From Batkoa obscura (lineage: Eukaryota): DNA of 56,974 nt. The notes beneath the pieces are model-generated. The model searched no databases. It saw nothing but the letters and a program-made list of their open reading frames with translations, and was not told the origin of the DNA. Below, in pieces: positions 50,148-56,974 of this stretch (its first letter is position 1; every line of letters begins with the position of its first letter). The stretch lies in the NCBI GenBank assembly GCA_030770535.1, contig JASVEC010000105.1, positions 1 through 56,974 on the forward strand. Direction: 5' to 3'. The position numbers and the translations under genes are program-made.

Positions 50148-52082
50148 TTAAATTTGTTTATTATTTAATTTGAGTTCTGCTTCATTTCGAAATTCTTGAT
50201 TACGAATTTCAATCATACATTGAACATCCACATATAGAAAAGATAAAAATAAAAATAAATCAAATAATCCTAAAAGAATAAATATATATAAATACAGCAT
50301 AATATAATATATAATATAAATTACCTTGAAAATTAACTAATTGTCCTAACAACAAATAAAAGCCATCTATTTGAATAGCAAACCCAACCAAATTAGCTGT
50401 CATTAACATCAATACATTTAATGTACCGCCAATAGCTCTCAAATATCTGTAATATGATTTATGCTGGAAAATAAATAAATAAATAAAACAATAATATAAA
50501 TTAAAATACAAATAAATAAATACAAATAATAAATTACCTTCCATTTCTTTGATGCTTTAACAGCAATCATTTCAGGTAAGAAAAATAAAGCAATTAACCA
50601 ACCCCAAGCTAACAAATCTAATTCGGTGTCATGCCATAAAGCAACAAATGTAAATATAACCCATATATTTAAAAAAGAGTATTTAGCTCCTCCTAATGGT
50701 ACATATAAATATCTATAATAAAATTATATTATTACTAGTATTATAGTATATTATCATATAATATATATTATTAATTAAATTACCTAACTAACCAGCGATT
50801 ATAAGAACAATGCCAACCCTTCCAAAAACCTTGAATTGAATAATTATTAGTCATACATCTACCCATATTTTCAACTGTATCAATGCCATCCATCATCGCC
50901 CATAATCGGAAGAATCTCCAAATAATTAATAACTAGAATAAAATTATTGTTAAATTCATATTATTATATATTATATTATTATATATTGTAATATTAATAT
51001 GATAATTACCTTTAACCAAATAAACTTCAAACTAAAAAATGAAATCATCAATAATTGATAAGGTGTATAATTTTCAAAATTTTTGGATTTACACAAGGCT
51101 TGTACATAAATATAATGTAACATAAATTCCATTAATAAAATTACTAAAATTAATCTTATTAAATATTTTCCAATTGTTTTCACTGTTAAATTTGGGTTTT
51201 TAAATTTAGTCTAATAAAAGTTGTTATTATTTATTATTGCTTTTGTTATTAATATAATAGGAAACTTACTTGATACATAAAATCATTAAATGTAATAATT
51301 GGACCAGCTAAATATAATGGGGGATAAAATAAATAAGTAAAATAATTGACGAAATTATAGTTATTTGCATTTAATTCATATTGAGTTCGTTGTTTACTTG
51401 TTGTTAACTAAATTTATATTATTATAAATTATATTGATATAATAATAACAATAATACTTACATATTTCTTTTCGTTTAATTTCTCTTCCTCTTCCTCTTG
51501 TACTTCCTCTTCGTTAATTGAATTAGGCTTCGACCAATAATAATCCATATTAAAAGATATCATTCTTAATGCAGTTATGTTATAATGAATATCCCATCTT
51601 GGTAAAAGCCCATTAAATTCATCCTATAAAATTCAAACTATTAATAATTAATACTAAAATGAATGTTTATTATTAAATTTACCATAAATTTTAATCCCAT
51701 AAAAAAGTGTTCAAATTTCACTTGTTTACTAAAATAATTACAAAATAACAATGCAGCAATATTAAAAACCCAAGTGAATACAGGATTGAGCACATTTCTT
51801 TTACTCAATTTACCCAATATATAATTTAAACTTATAAATATAAATAATTTCATCATAGAATAACCGTGTAATGCAAATAATAAGACCATTGAAAATATGC
51901 CTGAAAACATAATTTTACTATTTAAAAATAAATTTCTTATTCCGTATCCTTTCTTTTTTAAATTGATACTATTGCTAATTAATTGACTTAATAAAACATG
52001 AAGTAGCATTAATAATACGATTAATTTATATCGAGAACGAAAACTATTAAATTGTCCATCGCTCAAATCCTAATTATATATA

Positions 52083-52119
<37 letters not shown>

Positions 52120-52503
52120 AACAATTACTTCTTTTCTACCAAACATCCAGCCATCTGATAATCTATCTTTATAAGAATCATAATTGGGATGAGTTTCTAA
52201 TAAAAATAAAAAATATTTATCAGTATCTTCACTAAAATATAAAAAAAAATAAAAATAAAAATAAAAGTTACCATTAGATAAATCAATAACAGAATAAAAC
52301 ATATATATAACAGAACCTAGTAAATAAGCATAATAAAAATAATATTCATAAGTATTATATAATGGTTTAGGTAAGTTTTTATATTTGCTTTCCCTCAAAT
52401 CATTACTATTATTCATTGCATTATTATTTCCGTTTCCAATTTCATTAATCTCTTTACTGTTTTTTAATCCCATTTCTATATCTTCTATTGATTTAGTTTC
52501 CAT
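50148..52503 (-). CDS. GUP1: MBOAT-family O-acyltransferase GUP1/HHATL, multi-exon
   Basis: [108 protein letters not shown]. Confidence 0.93.
52085..52118. repeat. (ATT)n microsatellite in a GUP1 intron
   Basis: About 11 perfect trinucleotide units. Confidence 0.85.
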
Positions 52504-52801
52504 GTAATGATGTTGATAAAATTAAAAAACAATAACTACTTAATACTTTTTTCTGAAAGTTACTCCACTTTTTTTGACCTTAATTTGAAAATGGAGAGTT
52601 ATTCAACCAATCATTTTTCAATGAGAGTGGCATTTCTTTTAAATGACTGAAACTAGTAACTAGTAAATTTTATTTTATTTTATTTTATTCGAAAAACTAT
52701 CTTATTTCATAAATTTTAAATTATTTTAGTGATATTTTACTATAAACTACATTTGATTTATTTTTATAAAAACAAACAAATATATTTCATTTTAAGATAA
52801 G

Positions 52802-52996
52802 TATGGGAATGTGTTTTTGTATTTAACAATTTTATCATAGCTTTTTCGTATAATTAGCGCTTAAAAACAAAAAAATATAAACCAAAAAAAATAAATATGG
52901 GATGTATTTTTGTATTTACAATTTTATGAATAAATTTTTCGTCTAAATAGCGCTTAAAGATGGAAAAAATAATGAAACAAAAAAAACATCCCCATA
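52802..52996. mobile_element. Two tandem MITE copies (52802..~52892 degenerate; 52896..52996 complete); further fragment at ~53070..53106
   Basis: TATGGGA(A)TGT starts, TAGCGCTTAAA cores, final AAAAAACATCCCCATA. Confidence 0.82.
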
Positions 52997-53504
52997 TATT
53001 AAAAATAATAGTTTATCAACAAAGTATAAAAAATACTAATTTTTATAATATATAAAAATTAAGTGAGGATGGATGTGTTTTTTTGTTAAGGATCTTATTG
53101 ACAATCAATAAATACTAAAATAATATTTTATATGTATACAGTAATACAAAGTTAGTTAGAAATAATGTTATTATTAAATTAAGCTATTTGAATATAAAAG
53201 ATAATCCTTATTATTGTTATTATTCAAAGCTAAAGTCTTAAAAAAATCATAGAAAATTTATCTATTAAATTTTATTTATTTATTACTAAATATATAAACT
53301 ATATATGAGTTATACATAGATTATACATAAATTATATACTTTGATTATATGCTATACATAAAGTAAGATTGGATTAAGCTAATTATAAAACTGGCAATAG
53401 TATTGAAATTTTGAATTGTTAAATACAGGTATTGATTTTAGTTATAACTTTATAGCTTTTTTATTACTTGTTACACTCATAGTTAAAAATAGAAGTCAAA
53501 TAGC

Positions 53505-54076
53505 CAGGAATGTTTTTTTTGGTTTCTGTGAAATATCGTTTTGTCAGCCCTATGGTTAATTATAACATAATAACCGCCTAAGCTGTTGCGTTCTTGAGCT
53601 TAGAGACAATCAATCCTATGCTCTTATTTTGATCTACTATGAGAATTTCTAGCTTCATTTCAAAGAATATTATCCTCTCTTATTGATATGTATACTTGTC
53701 AAAGTATAAAAGAGATTCTAAAATATAGTAGCTCGAGGCTCTTTAACTGAATTATTCCCTGATAGCTCGAACATTTAATAAAGCCACCAAGTTTTCTTAA
53801 TAGTATTTTACCTAGATTTTACATTAGTATTGTCTATTTTATTTGTTCTGCATAGTCTTTAGTCTATTTCGTCCTATTTTTCATAATCCAATCCTATCTT
53901 AATCACATAAACTAAGACCTTTCGACTTATGGGGTAGTCAACCAACCAAGAACTGTTTTTGACTCCAATCGCTGAGTACCAGATTTCACAGGTCCCATTA
54001 CTTTTTCCATTTTTTGACTGATCTTTGAGCGAAAAAATTGTCAGTAAAATTTTTAAACAAAAAATACATACTTACA
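53505..54076. mobile_element. MITE interrupted by solo-LTR copy 2
   Basis: GGAATGTTTTTTTTGGTTTC | 464-bp insert | GGTCCC ATTACTTTTTCCATTTTTT...AAAAATACATACTTACA; removing the insert and one 6-mer restores the family core. Confidence 0.78.
53527..53990 (+). mobile_element. Solo-LTR-like element, 464 bp, copy 2
   Basis: TGTGAAATATCG...GATTTCACA; TATAAAA at 53705, AATAAA at 53777; degenerate 6-bp TSD GGTTTC/GGTCCC; roughly 80% identical to 32646..33109 by eye. Confidence 0.82.
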
Positions 54077-54688
54077 ATAAATTGTATAAAATTTTAATAC
54101 TAAATTGAGCTAGTATAAAATAAAAATAATTAAAATAAAAAATACTTCATTTTTTTAATCCTTTAAAAATAGTTAAGTCTTAGATTTACTTTTTATTAAA
54201 CAGCTTTTTTTATAATTTCATCCTTGAAATTAATTGGCTTTAGTATTTTAAACATTTAAAGCTTTAAGCTTTTAAAAGTAAAAAAAATAAAAAATAATTT
54301 TAATTTTTAATACTTGTAGAATTACAAAAAAATCATAAAGTAAAAATAAACAAGTAGCTATAAATGATTTCAAATATTATACTTTATTATACTTTGTCTT
54401 TAATTTTCAATATTTAATTAACTTGCAATAATTTACGACGTTTTTTAAATCATCATAGCTAAAGCAAGAAAAAAAATTTAAACTGTTATTATAAGTTCAA
54501 TAAAAGTGGAAAATTCCAAGTAACCTGAGGGAAGTTTTAATATTGTTTGCTTTTGTTAAAACTAAATCAAAAAGTTTTCCTATTTGCTTAAGTCATTACT
54601 ATAACTATGATATGATGAAAATACTTTATTTAAAATAGCTAAATCATAATTGAGTGATATAATATTATTCAGGAAGACAAAAAAAGAG

Positions 54689-54768
54689 GATAATTTCAGA
54701 GACTCCGCACTAAAGAAGATTAGCTAAATTAGCTAAAAAGCTTTTTAGTGCGGAGTCCTGAAAATATC
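54689..54768. repeat. Isolated inverted repeat / hairpin
   Basis: GACTCCGCACTAAA (54701..54714) and TTTAGTGCGGAGTC (54744..54757) are perfect; extendable to ~30 bp with bulges; spacer contains ATTAGCTAA twice. Confidence 0.85.
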
Positions 54769-55407
54769 TTTTCCTGTGAAATTCAATCAAAGCTTGAAAT
54801 TAAATACCAAATACCAAATATCAAAAGCTTTTCAACTGCTTATTTTATTTAAGAATACTTATACAACTAATGAATAATATGAAGACTTTATATGACAGAA
54901 TGGTATCCATAAATAACTCATTATTTTTTTTCCTTTATATAATGCATCTTCACTTAAGTAGAAGTTGTCTTTCAAAGTTTTAATAATAAAGTAAATAATA
55001 AAGTATATTATATTTAAAGAGTAACGTTATTCAAACACAGCGCGGTATTAGTTTTAATTTAAATTTAATAAATTTTTTAACAAAGAAAATAGAACAAATT
55101 ACTACTGCTTTCAAGATACTTTTTTATAAATTCCGAAAGAAGATATATATATAAAGTAATATCATAGATTTCTTTAATTATATTATAAATCATTTTGAAT
55201 AACTAAAGTAGTAAAAGAATAATCGATATGGAATTTGACAAAGAATAAAGTAAGTTCTTTTAGTGATTAGGGTCCTTGGCTTCTAGACTATAAATACTAT
55301 TTGTAATCAACACCCATATAAATTATTTTATATCTTTTAATATTATCCTTTATCCCATTGTTTATATATCTTAATTTATAAGAAAAAAAGTATTAGAATT
55401 TAATAAA

Positions 55408-56611
55408 ATGATTTTCAATGTCAAATCCGTCTCTCTAACAATCTTAGGACTTGTGACTTTCATCACCAGTCAAGATCTACCATTCTGCAAAACAGAAGAT
55501 ATTAGGGTTCGTAAAAATATTAAAGATCTAAGTGATGATCAATTAGAACGTTATTTTGGTGCAGTAAAGAAATTAAATAGTGCTCCAAGACCCAATGTAT
55601 GGGATAATTTTACTAGAATGCACGTTGATTACTTCCCACAGGTACATAACACTCAATTCTTTTTAGTATGGCATCGTTATTTTTTGTATTTTATGGAAAA
55701 AGAATTACAAAAAATTGATCCTTCAGTTACTATTCCATACTGGGATTGGACTGTTGATAGCGAGGAGCCTAATAATGATTCCATTTATAGTGATAGATAT
55801 TTTGGAAAAGTAAATGGTAACGATAGATGTATTAATAGTGGGGCATTTAAAGATTTTAAAGTCTTAGATTTGTATAGTCCAAATGGAGATGAAAATTGTG
55901 TTTAAGACGCAATAAAATATTTACCCAACAAGTAACTGGCGGACCTGAAATGGAAAATCTCTATTTAAATAGTGCCCCTATTGGTCAATTTTCTATAGAT
56001 CTTGAAGGTGTACCACATAGTCGTATTCACAATGGTATTGGTGGGGATTTTGCTACCGGCGTTTCACCTAGTAACCCTATCTTTTATTCTCACCATGCTT
56101 TTGTTGATAAATTATGGTTTGATTACCAAATGCGTTATCCTGAAACTATGGATGAATATGCTTTAAATCGTCGTACTCCAGTTGCTCCTTGGGGTTTTCC
56201 AGTTCTTCAAGGAATTGATACTTCAGATCGTCTATGCTATGTTTATAAACAAGAACATTCTCATGGACCACACAAGATATATCTTCTCGTTCTGCTTTCA
56301 TACCTGATTTTACACCAGAACATATACAGTACCATCCAGCGTTACCACAGTTGATGAAGAATTAGTTAAACATGATGTTGCTTTTGTTACTAGAAATTTT
56401 GAGTTAGTTGATATTAACATTCCTAAAGCTTTAGTAAATAATCCATCTTTACTTTCTTCTGCTCCTGGGGAACCACCAGTCAAATTAATAGATGTAGAAT
56501 TCATTGCAAAAATGAAATTGAACTATTCAAATATTCGCGAAAATGAGTTACGTGAATTAGAATTTAAAAAATTTTATGAAAGAAATTGGGAGTGGTCGAG
56601 TGTTTCAATAA
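55408..56611 (+). CDS. Secreted tyrosinase with about 4 small indels (sequencing errors or very young pseudogene)
   Basis: Signal peptide; CuA MHVDYFPQVHNTQFFLVWHR; IPYWDW; CuB PHSRIHNGIGG..SPSNPIFYSHHAFVDKLW; frame breaks near 55897, 56260, 56320 and 56572 located by comparison with the paralogue. Confidence 0.82.
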
Positions 56612-56935
56612 TATCTTATTGAATAAATGATCTTTATACATTCTGATTTTAGTCTTTACATTTTGCTTAATTTCAATATATATTTTATACTTTTTATTTA
56701 TCATTTTGTTTATTACTGTTACTTTTAGTACAAATACTTCTAAAATTTAATATATTCAATGCCTGTATCACCTTCAAAAACATAGTTTGGTTTCTTTTTA
56801 ATTTCATTTTAAAGCTATTTTAGGTGACGCCAAATGTTACAAAATATATTAATAAGGTTTATAAATGATGTAGAACTATTTCAAACTAAAGGTACCTACT
56901 TGAATGTTTTAAATGATTATGTTCCATTAGGATAG

Positions 56936-56974
56936 TGGGGCTGTTTTTCTTAGTTTCATTATTTTTCCATTTTT
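56936..56974. mobile_element. MITE copy truncated by the window end
   Basis: TGGGGCTGTTTTTCTTAGTTTCATTATTTTTCCATTTT matches the left half of the family. Confidence 0.75.

Noticed and set aside
55896..55905. Programmed ribosomal frameshift or intron joining the tyrosinase ORFs
   Set aside because: No slippery heptamer or suitable GT-AG intron; the paralogue is colinear with a simple 2-nt difference.
1..56974. tRNA, rRNA or telomeric repeats
   Set aside because: None recognisable by eye; tRNAscan-SE or Infernal would be needed to exclude small RNAs.

Overview
Very AT-rich, gene-dense eukaryotic DNA with short (~45-55 nt) GT-AG introns. A Zn2Cys6 factor together with an INTS3 homologue and secreted tyrosinases suggests an early-diverging fungus (Conidiobolus-like/Zoopagomycota is an inference). 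Ordinary genes: HD hydrolase, Zn2Cys6 TF, ARC40/ARPC1, INTS3, SulP permease, MCH-type MFS transporter, GNAT, tyrosinases, LIP2, BEM46/ABHD13, GUP1. The main structural feature is a pair of TOR genes in inverted orientation (1019..8224 +, 36811..44037 -). They are nearly identical from start to stop codon, intron included. Their flanks, which include a decayed copy of the neighbouring gene, are homologous but heavily diverged. This fits an old duplication homogenised by recent gene conversion. The + copy now carries a frameshift, a nonsense codon in the kinase N-lobe, an 18-bp deletion and a FATC Cys>Arg change. Also present: a second inverted duplication (tyrosinase plus pseudogene), about 18 copies of a ~103-bp hairpin-forming MITE, two 464-bp solo-LTR-like elements both touching that MITE, a bacterial-type GNAT, and an isolated GC-rich palindrome. 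All alignments and identity estimates were made by eye. Several 1-2 bp indels may be assembly errors.
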